A stretch of 64,000 nucleotides of DNA. It comes from a virus. This document shows, in pieces, positions 28,157 to 40,100 of the stretch. A program made the translations under genes and the position numbers. How positions within the stretch are numbered: the stretch's first letter is position 1; each line of letters starts with the position of its first letter. The stretch spans positions 1 to 64,000 of the IMG/VR virus record IMGVR_UViG_3300028197_001049; one strand, given 5' to 3'. Below the pieces are notes generated by a model. That model was not told the origin of the DNA. It was given only the letters and a program-made list of their open reading frames with translations, and searched no databases.

Positions 28157-31100
28157 TTATGCTTGTGATTCCTTCCAGGTTACCCTTGCGGATACTGAAT
28201 AAGGATTGTTGATGCTAACGTCCGATGAGTCAACAACGTTTGCGATGATAGTCAGAATATCTGGTCCGTTAGGGAAGGTTCCGTCACCACCAAGAATTGA
28301 GTTGCCAAGGTCAGAGATGTCGGTAAGATCAAAGTTAGTTGCCTGCGTTTGACCATTACCAGCACCTGCCGCTCTCAGCGATAGAATTCCTGAACCACCT
28401 GAGATAATATCATCAGGCGCGTGCTTGACAAGTTGACATAGTGAAGGTTCCTGAACATTCTGATATGCGTCAGTATTTAATTGAGCATTCAGTTTCAAAG
28501 TAAGTTCTGTATCATGAGTTGTCAAGATACCCAAGGAAGAAAGCGACAATTGCATTCTGTTGATAATTTCTCTTTCTCCCAGTGCGCCCGTGATTGATGA
28601 GTCAACCGAAGGTGCAAGTCTAATAGAGATCAGAGGAATATCAGTTGGAATTGAGTTGTCAGTTCCAGAAGGAGCACCAACACCGAAAGTGGTACTACTG
28701 TTAACAGCAGGATTACCTATCTTAGTGTTGATAACACTAGCATAGTTCCATGGGAACTCTTCAGTAGTACCTTCAAGATATTGAATATAAACAAAGTGTG
28801 TACTGCCTGATGTACGAGTTCTTGGGTCAATTGCTCTACCGTCAGCGAAGTAACCGCTCGCGGCACTAGAATGGAAGATCAGTGAGTTGGAAGGTAGACT
28901 ACCTGCATCACTAGATGCGAATGGAATTCTGATAAAGAATTTCCTATTATACCAAGAAGACCACTCTGACTGAATAGTAGAGTTGGAATTTGTATTAACG
29001 TCAACAGCAGTTGCGTTAGTAAACTTCTGGACATTACCAGCAGCGGTGAACAGATACGCTTCGTCATCCTGATACATACCATCCATAATAACTGAAGTAC
29101 CCCAGTGGAACAGAGTTCCAGTGAATGTTGGGGATGAACTATTTTCAATTTCATAACGTGCAGGCAAGTTACCTGAACGGAAATAAGATTCTGTCAATTT
29201 GTTATTATGCTTGAATTGATGGACATACTTGACATGACCGTTTTGATCTTTGAATCCAAAACGAATCTTACCAGCACCATACCAGGAATAATCCATGTAG
29301 CACATCTGAATCTTAGTAATATCCAGAGTGTATCCAGAAGGACCATCACCATCTGCTTTATCAAGGTTCCACTCGGCTTGTGGTACTTTCGTATCTACAG
29401 TCTTAGTACAGATAACCTCACTTGTAGTGATGCCGCGATAAGAAGGTTGAACTGTGAGTTGAGTGTTACTGGTTACTTTAACAACCCTGTAAGTCATGCC
29501 ACGAACAACAATATTTTCACCCTCAATAATTTCTGATGTAAATTTAGTATCAGTACCAATAATAATATTAGAATTATTCTCAACAGAGACTAAACCAGGA
29601 AGTTGAAGAACTGAACTTCTTCTTACACAGTTAATGGTGTTGCCATCAAACTCATAGTAGAAACCATTTTGCTCATCAAACATACCTGCGCGAATATCGC
29701 AACCAGACCAGTTAAGAACTTGTGCTTGTGGGAATCCGCCAGAAGAGGAAATTGCAGGTGTTGATTCAAGAAGATATTGGAATCTGAATTCATCAATAAC
29801 TGTATTGACGAATGACTCGTTATTGAATGCAACGTCATCAGAATTAATGACTTTCATCTTCAGACCTACAGTAAAGTTATGTGGTTTAGAACATCTTACT
29901 TCACCAAGAATTAATTGATGGAATGTAATTGTTGTGCCACTAATAGGTGCAGTTAAAGCATTAGAAATGACAACTGTTGTTGCATTTTTAATTTGCGAAA
30001 TTCTAGTTCCAGATACAATACTTGCTGATCCAGTTACGAACATATGAAGTTCATATACACTTGAGTCAGCAACTGTAAGTTCAGTACTATTCTGCGCCGC
30101 GCTAATAGCCTCAGATGCAGTAGCCTTTGGACCAGTTACATAAGTAAGATCCAAAATTGGTGTCAGAGGAATAAAGTTGATCGCATATGAAGTCTGGATA
30201 CCTTTACCTGACTGATAACGGAAGTACTTACGAGTCTGTCTAGAGATTCTAGAGTTAGGTGACTTAGAAGTACCGATTTCCATACCACCATCAAATGGTC
30301 TATGGAGATAGAATCCATCAGGACGTACATAGATGTAAGAAGGAATCAGATAAACGATGCTAGAACCAGTAAAGTCTAAGTCAATATCTACTAGCAGGTT
30401 GTCGTCATCTGTAACTGCAGTAATTTTTCTTTCAATAATTACACCAGGAGTTGTTGCTGGGTTTACAATTCTCAGTACATCTCCAATTTTGAAGAATCTT
30501 TGGAATGCAGAACTAGAACCAATAATTTTTCTACTACCTGATTCAACAGTCAGACTACCAGGACCAGTAACTTCTCCCGAAAGATTACTACTGATCAACT
30601 TATGGAAACCGCTACCAGAAGAAATTGTAATATTTACTGGAGGAGCAGCAAGTGCATCCGCCTCAGTATCACAGATTTCAATCGTATTATGATCAATTTG
30701 AGAAACAAAGTAATCTTTGCCATCAGTAAGACCAGAAATTGCAGTGTTACCACCAGCATCATAGATTACCTTAGTACCAGATCCAAAGAAATGGTTATTG
30801 ATAGTAATCTGATTGTTGGCAATGTTAGATCCAGCATTGAAACTCTTATTAGTTGGTGGAATCTTGAATGGAATTGTGACTTGAAGTTCAGTCTCACTGA
30901 CTGCTTTAGTTGTGGTATAAGAACCATCAACAACACCAAAATCAGCAGTTGTGTTCTCAAATGTGTGAGAACCAGTACCTTGTGATGTTATATCAATAAT
31001 TGATCCACCTTGAGATGCCGCTAATTGGAATCTGTTTCCAGTGATAGGATAAACATAGTAGGAAGTTCCATTAGTTAATCCACCAATCTCAGTACCAGTT

Positions 31101-33880
31101 GTATCATACTTAAGAAGTTCACCAGCAGAGAACTGGTTATTTGCAATAAAGATGCTATCAGCAAATGGGTTATTGATAACGGCAGTAAATCCAATCGTAC
31201 CATCAATACCAGCAAGTCTTAATGGTGAAGCACCTGTACTTGTTTTAATTCTAAATCGGTTAGAATCAATTTTGTCCATATACCAAACGGTGCCAGCACT
31301 GTAAGTACTTCTATTACCAGCATTATTATAGTAATAGTGAATATTACCACTACCAGATTGGGTTGCACTTGAATTTGTTACCAAACCATGATTTTCTGCA
31401 TAGAAACTATCATTAGTGGACGTGTTTCTCTTAGCCAACATAATATACATGTTGGTTTGTCCATCAGAATTAGGACCATTGAAACTACGGTTCAGAGTAC
31501 TACCATGTCCAACGTTATGATACCAGTGGAAGTGCGTTGATCCTCTGATTCTAAAGTTTTGTCCACTACTTTCGTGCTGAGTATAGAAGTTATCAGTCCA
31601 GTAAGTTTTTACGTTATTTCCGTTACCATTACCAGTAGTATATCCATGACTATGATTACCATTATTCTGCCCGTTTACACCCTGGTTTTCGTGGTCAGTA
31701 AGGAAGTCATATGTTCCTTGCCATTGAGACGTTCCAAGAGGAAGAGATTGATGGTGGTAACCATAGGTTTGCCAGAAAGTTCCATAATATTGACGCCATG
31801 ACCAGTTATACCAGTACCAGTTAGAACTTGCACCAAAACCAGGACCAGGAGAGTTTCCACTACCTTGTCTGTTAGTACTAAAGTGAACCGTGAGATCCCA
31901 GTTCTGTCTACCTAATCCATAGTTACTGTCAATGTTACTGAAATCCCAACCAGAATAAGTATTACCAAAGATATAATAAGTACGGAGATATGTATACCAC
32001 TGACTATATGCTTTATATTCTTCATAGATGTTATAAACAAGACCTACATTGTGGTTACCAAAAGTAAACGTACCACCAGTGGAAAGGTTTTGAGTATAAT
32101 TCAATCTCATACTGTGATTCAGTTTGAAATTGTTATCATCAATTTTTTGAATATAATAAACCTGCATTCTAGCCAAACCAGCAATAGGAGTATCTCCTGG
32201 GTTTGGATAGTAAAGAACAGCAGCTTTATCATGGAATCCGTGACTATCAATATTAATAGTATCAGTACTATAATTAATATCGGACTCATCAAATCTCTTA
32301 GTATAAGTAGATTCGTAGTTATAAGGTACTACTTTTGTTTCATCAACATCAAGCACACCAGATGCTTGAGCTAATGTTTCAACAATCTCATTAGCAATTC
32401 CTGTTCCTTGCCAACCGTTAACATTTCCTGGTTCGTCTGCTGTTGAATCGGGAATCTCCAGAACTTTTGGAGAAACGGTATTTACAAAGTAGAAGTTAGT
32501 ATCATCAGCAAAACCATGCTCATACTTAGTTGTAAGCATGACTTTGGTTTGAGTCGCATAACTAATGACCGCATAATCTCCCATTCCTTGGTGATTAACA
32601 CAGTTATACCATAAGTTATTGTAACTTGGACTAGAACTAGTGACATAAACTCTAGTATATGCTCCAGCTGAACCGGCAGTTCCAGATACATAGACATATT
32701 GAGACAATACATTACCAGCATTACCGGCTGATGTAACATCTTGGGCATCAGCAAACTCAAGTTGATGAGTCGTGTTGGTGCTGCTTGACTGATCAAACAC
32801 ATAGATAGCACCTCTAGCAAGATCTAGTCTAGGTGTAAGAACCTCATCAATAAAATACTTATTAGAAGTAGTTCCAACACCGCCAGCTGCGATTACATAA
32901 TCAATTTCAGTACCTTGAATATCAACCGTGTCGCCATCTGTGAAAGTGCCCGATGCATTTGCAATGGTGAGTAAGGTTGATCCACCAGCATAACCACCAC
33001 TACTATCTCCACCAACAGCAACAACTGTTGCTAGTGCCCCACCACTTGTAGACAAGGGAGTATTGATAGTAATATCAGCACCAAGATCAGCAGTTACTGT
33101 AAGTACCTGTACAGGTTTGACTGTTACAACTTTTTCAAAATAATCTGATGTAATACCTTTAGAAGCACTCAAATTAACTTGAGAACCTTGGAAGAATTGT
33201 CCCGGAATAATAGAAGTATAAGTACCTTGCAATAGTGTAGTTGCAGGTTGATTAGCTCTTGCTTTATATGTAAATGTTGTGGTGCTTGGTACTGATTGAA
33301 TTAGATATGCACCTTCAGCGGTTACCGAGCTAAGACCAGTAACTGTGATGGGAACACCAACTTGTAAATTGTGATCATACTGTGTAGTAACAGTAATAAT
33401 TTCACTATCAAGAATCGCCCCTACTGTGTCAATGAACGGAATAGTAGTATCAGCGGTAGATGCATAGAACGAAGGAATATTGTTAATCGTCTGAAGTGTT
33501 TCCCACTTAGATGATTGTGGACCGTATTCAAAGTCAGTATCAATCAGGTTTTCTGGGTTGGATACTCTAAATTTTGAAACAGCGTCAACATAAGTCTCGG
33601 AAGGCTCAATATTAACGTAATCTTTTTCGTAGAAAATCTGCAGTTCATCAGAGGCATTCATGCTGCCTGTTGCAAAATTAATGATGAAAGTAGTTTCATC
33701 GCTAGCTGTATCATAAGTTCTTGAGTCCAAACCCAAGGAATTGTCACTAAAACTATAGATGTTTACATTATCAGTAACGTTAGTGATCAGCAGCAGCCTT
33801 GTTGATGCGATATTACCCTTTACCTTTACAGACCTAGCGGCTGGATCAAAGGTGTAATAGTGGATTAGTTTCTTTGCCAT
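28157..33880 (-). CDS. 1907-aa virion structural/fibre-like protein
   Basis: MAKKLIHYYTFDP...RVSNPENLIDTDFEYG...QTRKYFRYQSGKG...YSWYGAG; repeated HxxxxG beta modules; late-module context. Confidence 0.8.
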   Translation of the reverse strand: MAKKLIHYYTFDPAARSVKVKGNIASTRLLLITNVTDNVNIYSFSDNSLGLDSRTYDTASDETTFIINFATGSMNASDELQIFYEKDYVNIEPSETYVDAVSKFRVSNPENLIDTDFEYGPQSSKWETLQTINNIPSFYASTADTTIPFIDTVGAILDSEIITVTTQYDHNLQVGVPITVTGLSSVTAEGAYLIQSVPSTTTFTYKARANQPATTLLQGTYTSIIPGQFFQGSQVNLSASKGITSDYFEKVVTVKPVQVLTVTADLGADITINTPLSTSGGALATVVAVGGDSSGGYAGGSTLLTIANASGTFTDGDTVDIQGTEIDYVIAAGGVGTTSNKYFIDEVLTPRLDLARGAIYVFDQSSSTNTTHQLEFADAQDVTSAGNAGNVLSQYVYVSGTAGSAGAYTRVYVTSSSPSYNNLWYNCVNHQGMGDYAVISYATQTKVMLTTKYEHGFADDTNFYFVNTVSPKVLEIPDSTADEPGNVNGWQGTGIANEIVETLAQASGVLDVDETKVVPYNYESTYTKRFDESDINYSTDTINIDSHGFHDKAAVLYYPNPGDTPIAGLARMQVYYIQKIDDNNFKLNHSMRLNYTQNLSTGGTFTFGNHNVGLVYNIYEEYKAYSQWYTYLRTYYIFGNTYSGWDFSNIDSNYGLGRQNWDLTVHFSTNRQGSGNSPGPGFGASSNWYWYNWSWRQYYGTFWQTYGYHHQSLPLGTSQWQGTYDFLTDHENQGVNGQNNGNHSHGYTTGNGNGNNVKTYWTDNFYTQHESSGQNFRIRGSTHFHWYHNVGHGSTLNRSFNGPNSDGQTNMYIMLAKRNTSTNDSFYAENHGLVTNSSATQSGSGNIHYYYNNAGNRSTYSAGTVWYMDKIDSNRFRIKTSTGASPLRLAGIDGTIGFTAVINNPFADSIFIANNQFSAGELLKYDTTGTEIGGLTNGTSYYVYPITGNRFQLAASQGGSIIDITSQGTGSHTFENTTADFGVVDGSYTTTKAVSETELQVTIPFKIPPTNKSFNAGSNIANNQITINNHFFGSGTKVIYDAGGNTAISGLTDGKDYFVSQIDHNTIEICDTEADALAAPPVNITISSGSGFHKLISSNLSGEVTGPGSLTVESGSRKIIGSSSAFQRFFKIGDVLRIVNPATTPGVIIERKITAVTDDDNLLVDIDLDFTGSSIVYLIPSYIYVRPDGFYLHRPFDGGMEIGTSKSPNSRISRQTRKYFRYQSGKGIQTSYAINFIPLTPILDLTYVTGPKATASEAISAAQNSTELTVADSSVYELHMFVTGSASIVSGTRISQIKNATTVVISNALTAPISGTTITFHQLILGEVRCSKPHNFTVGLKMKVINSDDVAFNNESFVNTVIDEFRFQYLLESTPAISSSGGFPQAQVLNWSGCDIRAGMFDEQNGFYYEFDGNTINCVRRSSVLQLPGLVSVENNSNIIIGTDTKFTSEIIEGENIVVRGMTYRVVKVTSNTQLTVQPSYRGITTSEVICTKTVDTKVPQAEWNLDKADGDGPSGYTLDITKIQMCYMDYSWYGAGKIRFGFKDQNGHVKYVHQFKHNNKLTESYFRSGNLPARYEIENSSSPTFTGTLFHWGTSVIMDGMYQDDEAYLFTAAGNVQKFTNATAVDVNTNSNSTIQSEWSSWYNRKFFIRIPFASSDAGSLPSNSLIFHSSAASGYFADGRAIDPRTRTSGSTHFVYIQYLEGTTEEFPWNYASVINTKIGNPAVNSSTTFGVGAPSGTDNSIPTDIPLISIRLAPSVDSSITGALGEREIINRMQLSLSSLGILTTHDTELTLKLNAQLNTDAYQNVQEPSLCQLVKHAPDDIISGGSGILSLRAAGAGNGQTQATNFDLTDISDLGNSILGGDGTFPNGPDILTIIANVVDSSDVSINNPYSVSARVTWKESQA

Positions 33881-33921
33881 TTGTTAATTTCCTTACAAGG
33901 TTATGTTTATACTTCTAAAAA

Positions 33922-34110
33922 TCAGAGACCAAACGCCACTGCCATGGCAAGAAGTCCTTGTCTAGTAGCAAGCTCATGTCCTCCAGACTTCACTCCGTCA
34001 TGAACAACAGCCGTCGCTTTAGTGGTATCAACTGTGATTTCTCCTTCCGCACCAATAAAGGTACTGTGTTGAGCAGTTGTTCCTCTTCGGAATTGTACTT
34101 GAGTAGTCAT
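33922..34110 (-). CDS. stand-alone Mtd N-terminal-like fibre-attachment domain protein
   Basis: QVQFRRGTTAQH..FIGAEGEITVDT...VHDG...GG then AMAVAFG; TATAAATA at 34138-34145. Confidence 0.7.
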   Translation of the reverse strand: MTTQVQFRRGTTAQHSTFIGAEGEITVDTTKATAVVHDGVKSGGHELATRQGLLAMAVAFGL

Positions 34111-34152
34111 TCTATTAAGCTAGAGATTTTCTTCTTTTATTTATACAAATAA

Positions 34153-37100
34153 TTATATTATGGTTCCGAATTTTCTTGGTGGACTAAAGAGGAAGAGTCT
34201 TGTCTTCGCATCACCTGCAGTTATAAGTTCCGCTGTAGTCGCTTGTGTAATTCTGGTGACACTGCCTGGGTTGTTTCCAATAAGTGTAAACAAATTGGTA
34301 GAAACAACTTCTCCCTGTGCCCCAATAGAAGTTTCATCATAATCAATTGCTCTAGCAATAGTTGCTCCATTGAGACCGAAGAGAGAACCAGATCCTTCAT
34401 ATGCTCTAGAACGAGTATCATGAGAATCACCAGTAGCACTAACATATGCGAATCCACTGTTAGCACGGGTAAGTTTGATATCAGTTGCTTCACCTGAGAT
34501 TGTTGCCGATCCTTCAGTATCGTAATTACCTTTAGTGAAGGATTCCGTAGCACCATTGCGGAATTCAAAGAGAGTAGTGTTCTCAACATCAATTGTTCTA
34601 GATTCTGCTGCTCCTCCGAAGGTTGAAAGTGTACCTTCACCAACGAAACTAAGAGTAATGATTGGAACAACTGTATCATTATGAACATTTGCAGTTCCAG
34701 AACCAGCGAATCCTCTTGTTCTCGTGGAAGTAGCATTACCATTAAATTCATATAGGAATGTTTCTTCACCAGGATTAAATCCAACAACTTCAGCGCCACC
34801 ACCAAATGTAGAGAAAGAACCTTCTCCATCATAGTTACCCTTAGTAAAGGATTCTTCATTAATTCCAGAAAGGAACGTAGATCCAGTACCTGCGAAGATT
34901 CTAGTTCTGGAATCGTCACTATCACCACTGATTCTGAAGAGACCCGTTGTTTCCGGTGCGACAGATGCAACTTCTGCTGCGTTACCAACACTAAAGAGAG
35001 AACCAGAACCAGAGAAACTTCTGTCTCTGAGGACACCCGCAAATCCTTGGAATGTAAAGAGACCGATAGATTCTTCATCTATTGTTACCGCTTCGGCAGC
35101 ACCATTAAATCCGAAGAGTGAACCTTCTCCAATATAAGGTCTTGCGAATGCTTCGTCCAGATTATCGCTGATAGTAATATTACCTTCAGCAATAGCAGAT
35201 CTGACGAATGCATTTGCTTCTCCACCAGAAGCCTTGAATAGAACAGTGCTTTCTGGTTTGGAAATTGCTGTAACTTCTGCTGCACTTCCTGCACTGAAGA
35301 GCGAACCTTCTCCAGCAAATGCTCTTGTGCGAATATTTTCTGATTGACCAGAAATAAATTCAGTTCCAATTCCTTCGTATGCGCGTGAACGATCTGTATT
35401 CGCAGATCCAGAAGATACGAAAAGAACGGTGCTTTCTGGTGCATCAATTGTTGTAGATTCTGCACCACCACCGAATCCGAAGATTTGACCACCACCAAAG
35501 ATTCTGAGATTAATCTTAACAATTGGTTCACCACTAAAGGTGAATGCTCTTGTGTCGGTGAATGGATTAAATCCAACAACCTCTGCACTAGAACCAGCAG
35601 TGAAGAGTGATCCACTACCATTATAAACAATGGTGCGAACAGGAATTGCATCACCACCAATCGCAATACTTTCACCTTCAGGATTAGTGAAGATGTTGAA
35701 TCTAAGTTGAAGTTCAGGAGTACCAGAAAGTCTGGGTGAACCATCAGGACGTGATGTCCAAGAAGGAAGCCACTTAGATGGTGAAGTACCGTAGGCACTA
35801 AAGAGAACTGTTTCTGTTGATGGATTATATCCAGCTACCTCAGTTGCACTATTGAATGTGAACAGTGAACCCGAAGTTCCAGGTTCTGCAAGATCACCAT
35901 AGTATTGATAAACATTAATCTTGCGAGTATCACCATCACCATAGACGAATGCAGATCCACCGATTTTACCGTATATGGAGTTGACATAACGAGGAGATGG
36001 ACGGTAACTGCGCCACTCATTACCTTGGTTGTGGGTATAAATTCTGGGGAATACACCCTTAGATACATATGCACCCTTAAATGCAACTTCAGTATTACCA
36101 AGAATTCTTGGAGTTCCAAGAAGATGTTGAGTTCTCCAATGTGGACGGAATCTAACCGCAGCATTAGGAGCGAGAGGTGTCTCCTCCTTAATCTTGATAT
36201 TTCCAGATCCGACCCAGTTTTCAACATGCTTCTCAACTGCAGCGCCAGAGAATCCAAAGAGGAATGTTTCTTCTGGTGGGTTAAACCCAACACACTCTGA
36301 AGTTCCGATTGCAGTGAATAGTGACCCACTAGAGAACTCAGCAAATGTCTGCTTATGACCGCTATCTCCACCAGTAATTTCAAACAGTCTTCCAAATGGA
36401 TTTTCATTACCTGGAAGAATTACAATATCACCATGATCAGTATTTGGTGGTAGATAAGCATCTACTACTGAACCATAATTTTCTGTTGTTGTAGGTGTAG
36501 ATGCAACGGTTGCGAAATCTTCATAAGTTGTTCCGAGAACAATAGAGGAAGAATTATACGAGAATACTGCCTTCTCAATTTTCTCTCCAATGTGGAAGAG
36601 TGATCCTTCACCAACATATACTTTGGCGAGGGCATTAATTTCTCCACCAGAAGTCTTGAAGAGAATTGTAGATTCTCCTCCTTGAGAACCAAACTTCTCA
36701 ATAGCAGTACCGCTAATTGTAAGTTTAAATGTATTGGTTGGTGGAGTGGATATTTTAATAGCACCATGTCCACCGCCACGGAATCTGAATAATCCGTATG
36801 GTTTGGTGGTCTGAGTAATAAAGATCTCACCATAATCAAAGTCACCACCACTAGTTGTGGTTAATAAACCATAGTCATCAATTGTTGATGCCGAACTGGT
36901 GATGTATCCATATTCTTCTGGAGACTCAAATACCTCAACAGAAGATGAATTATATGAGAATACTGCCTTCTCAATTTTCTCTCCAATGTGGAAGAGTGAT
37001 CCAGAACCAACAAAATCTCTAGCTCTTGGAGTTTCAGCAATACCAGAAACTTTGAACTGTTCATCAGGAACACCTCTCCAATGTGGAGTGAATGTAAAGT

Positions 37101-40100
37101 CAGTAGCGGCGCTTTGACCTTTATAGAAGGAAATTTCACCTTTACCACTATAAGGACCACGGAAGAATTGAGTTCTTGTGTTGCCAGTAAACTTATAGAG
37201 ACCAGTTGCAGATTGTGTAGTCTCAGTGATAATGATTTGACCGAAGTCAACTTCACCGCCAGGAGTAAGATCACTACCAATTGTACCGTGATCAAGATTC
37301 TGAGTTGAATTTGAATTGATGAGACCGTAATCTTCTGGGGTCTCAACAACAACAATAGATCCTGTGGTATATCTAAAGGTTGCGCTTTCAACCTTATCAC
37401 CAAGACCAAAGAGTCTACCCTTACCAACAAAATCTCTTGCTCTTGGAGTTTCAGCATTACCGCTGAGTTTTCCTTGTTCGTAAGGACGTGATCTCCAATG
37501 TGGAGTAAATGTAAAGTCTGCAGGATCTTGCTGCTCATTAAAGATCCTAATAGTAGTTGGTCTAACAACATAAGGACCACGGAAGAATTGTGTATCACCT
37601 TCACCGCTGAGTTGATATAACCCAGTCAGAGGTTGAATTGTCTCCGTAATAATAACCTGTCCGAGATCTTCCTCGCCTTCAGTTACTATATCAACAATTT
37701 GACCATAGTTGATATTTGTAGTTGAATTATTAGCGATTGAACCATAGTCATCATCAATAACGAACGTAACAACAGAACTAGAGTTGTAGTTAAAGGTTGC
37801 ACTTTCAAACTTATCTCCAATACTGAAGAGTCTTCCCCCGCCAATGAAAGGTCTTGCCTGAGCATATGTATTAAATTCTCCGTCAGGAGCATTACTAAGT
37901 TTTGGAGACCCGACAGGAACACCTCTCCAGTGAGGCATAAATCTGAAGTCAGCAGGATCTTGCTGATCATTGAAGATCCTGATTGGTGCGCTGAGTTTAT
38001 CCCAAGCAAAGATTGGGAAGAACTGTTCAATCGCAGTACCCTTGATTTCAAATAGTTTTCCGAGTGGATTCTCATCACCAGGAAGAGACCACATAGAACC
38101 ACGATCTTCTTCTAACGCATAACTGAAGAAGTCACCATTATCAATAGTTTGAGTTGCATTATTAGCAACGCTTCCATAATCAGTAGGATCTTCAACCTCA
38201 ACAATAGAAGATATATTGTAAGAATATGCAGTTCTTTCAATTCTATCTCCAATACTAAAGAGAGAACCGGATGCAATGTAAGGTCTAGAGAAACTATTCT
38301 CTCCTTTACTGGAAGTAGAGAAGAGTACCGTAGACTCTCCCGCTCCCGATGTAAACTTGAGATTACTATATCCACCAGTAATTCTGACTCTTGCAATAGA
38401 TCCAGTATATGCAACTGGATTAGCATGAGCAATGTCACCACCAGCTAGTTCAAATAACTTGCCAAATGGTTGAGTTGTTTGTGTGGCAATTACTTGACCG
38501 AGGTCAGTCTCACCATATCCTGGTTCTGAAATCTGACCATAATCAGATATGGAACCAGACGCAGTAATTAGACCATTATCAATTGGTGTTTGAACTGTTG
38601 CAATTGAAGAATCATTGTAGTCAAAGACTGCTGATTCATCAACTGTACCAGAACTAAACAAACTACCTGATGTGAAGTAAGTACCTTTAGAGGTGATAAT
38701 GGAGGACATTCCTCCAATGATTTTAATAAATTCACCCTGACTTGCTTCCTGTGGGCGATGACCATAAACATAAATTTGAACTGCAGGTTCACTAAACTGT
38801 ACAGTTGCTGCACCACTAATATTAATTTCACTTTCGCCAAGATATGCTCTTGGATTAGCATGTGCTCTATCACCACCAGTGATCTTAAGATTACCAAACT
38901 TGAAGAATCCTGGTTTTAATTGACCATAATCTAAAATACCATTTGTAAATGTTTGCGTGAGTATACCATAATCTTCATTGATTCCTGCTGATTGATCAAC
39001 AATTCCAGCATCAGAACTTCCGATAGTCTCATAGACTGGTGCAGGACCTTCTGCATTATAAGAGAATATTCTTCTTTCAGTTTTCTCACCGATATGGAAG
39101 AGTGATCCAGAACCAACATGCGTCTTGGCAAATGCATCGGGAATGATGTGGTTAGTGACCACAATTCCACCACGACTTCTATAATGGGGAATGAACGCAA
39201 TCTGACTGCTTTGACCCTCTCCATAGGAGTCAATGTGCTTGGTAATAGAAAGCGATCCTGAACCAACAAAGTCTCTAGATCTAGCAGCACCATGACCACC
39301 ACCACTAAATTTGAATAAACCAAACGTTGGAGTAGTTTGTGTTATTAGAACACTACCGTTATCAGCATCTCCTTCAGTAACAACTCCTGCTATCTGACCA
39401 TAATCATCAGAAGTACTATGAGATGATGCAACACTACCATTTTCTACTAATGGTTCTAGGGTTACTGCAGATTCAGTAGTATAATCATATACCTTCGCTT
39501 CATTACCATTATTAAATCCAAACAGCACACCGCTGCCTTGATATCCTACTCTTGCAAATGCTTCTGGATTACCGCCACTGAATGTTAATCCAATGACATC
39601 TCTTCTGATAAATTGTCCTGTTGCTAGATCACGTCCAACAACGTAAGTTTGTGCTCCAGATGGTTCCTCAAGTTGATCAACACCACCTGAAAGAACTGAG
39701 AATGAACCCGAACCAGAATAAGATTTAATTTTACCGAGATTACTATTGAATCCAGTAATACTGAACAGACCGAAGGGATTACTACCACCGACATCAACGA
39801 CTGTACCGTTGTCTGTCTCTCCTTCAGTAACAATTCCAGTTACTTGACCATAGTCATTAGAAGAACCTACAGTAGCGGCGACTACACCATAGTCGGCATC
39901 GCTACCATAGGTTATTATTGCATCTTCATTATAGCTGCTTGTGGCACTATCATGTGCAGCACCATAAGTCTTGAGACTTGGTACACCACCAGAACCCCCT
40001 ATGTAAGGAGCGAGCATTCGCTCCAGACCGCTGCCAATCTCAAATAGGGTGCCAGACCCCGCCCATGCCTGTTTAGTGACTACAATGGCGCTCACGCGCA

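Noticed and set aside
36560-37980. Repeat pairs as DGR template/variable repeats, given the Mtd-N-like gene nearby
   Set aside because: No reverse transcriptase in the window; repeats are in-frame within one gene and differences are not adenine-specific
34221-39833. Many long alternative-frame ORFs (up to 285 aa) inside the 2087-aa gene
   Set aside because: Leu/Val-rich shadow frames expected from the NNT/NNA codon bias of a Gly/Ser/Thr-rich gene; no SD or motifs
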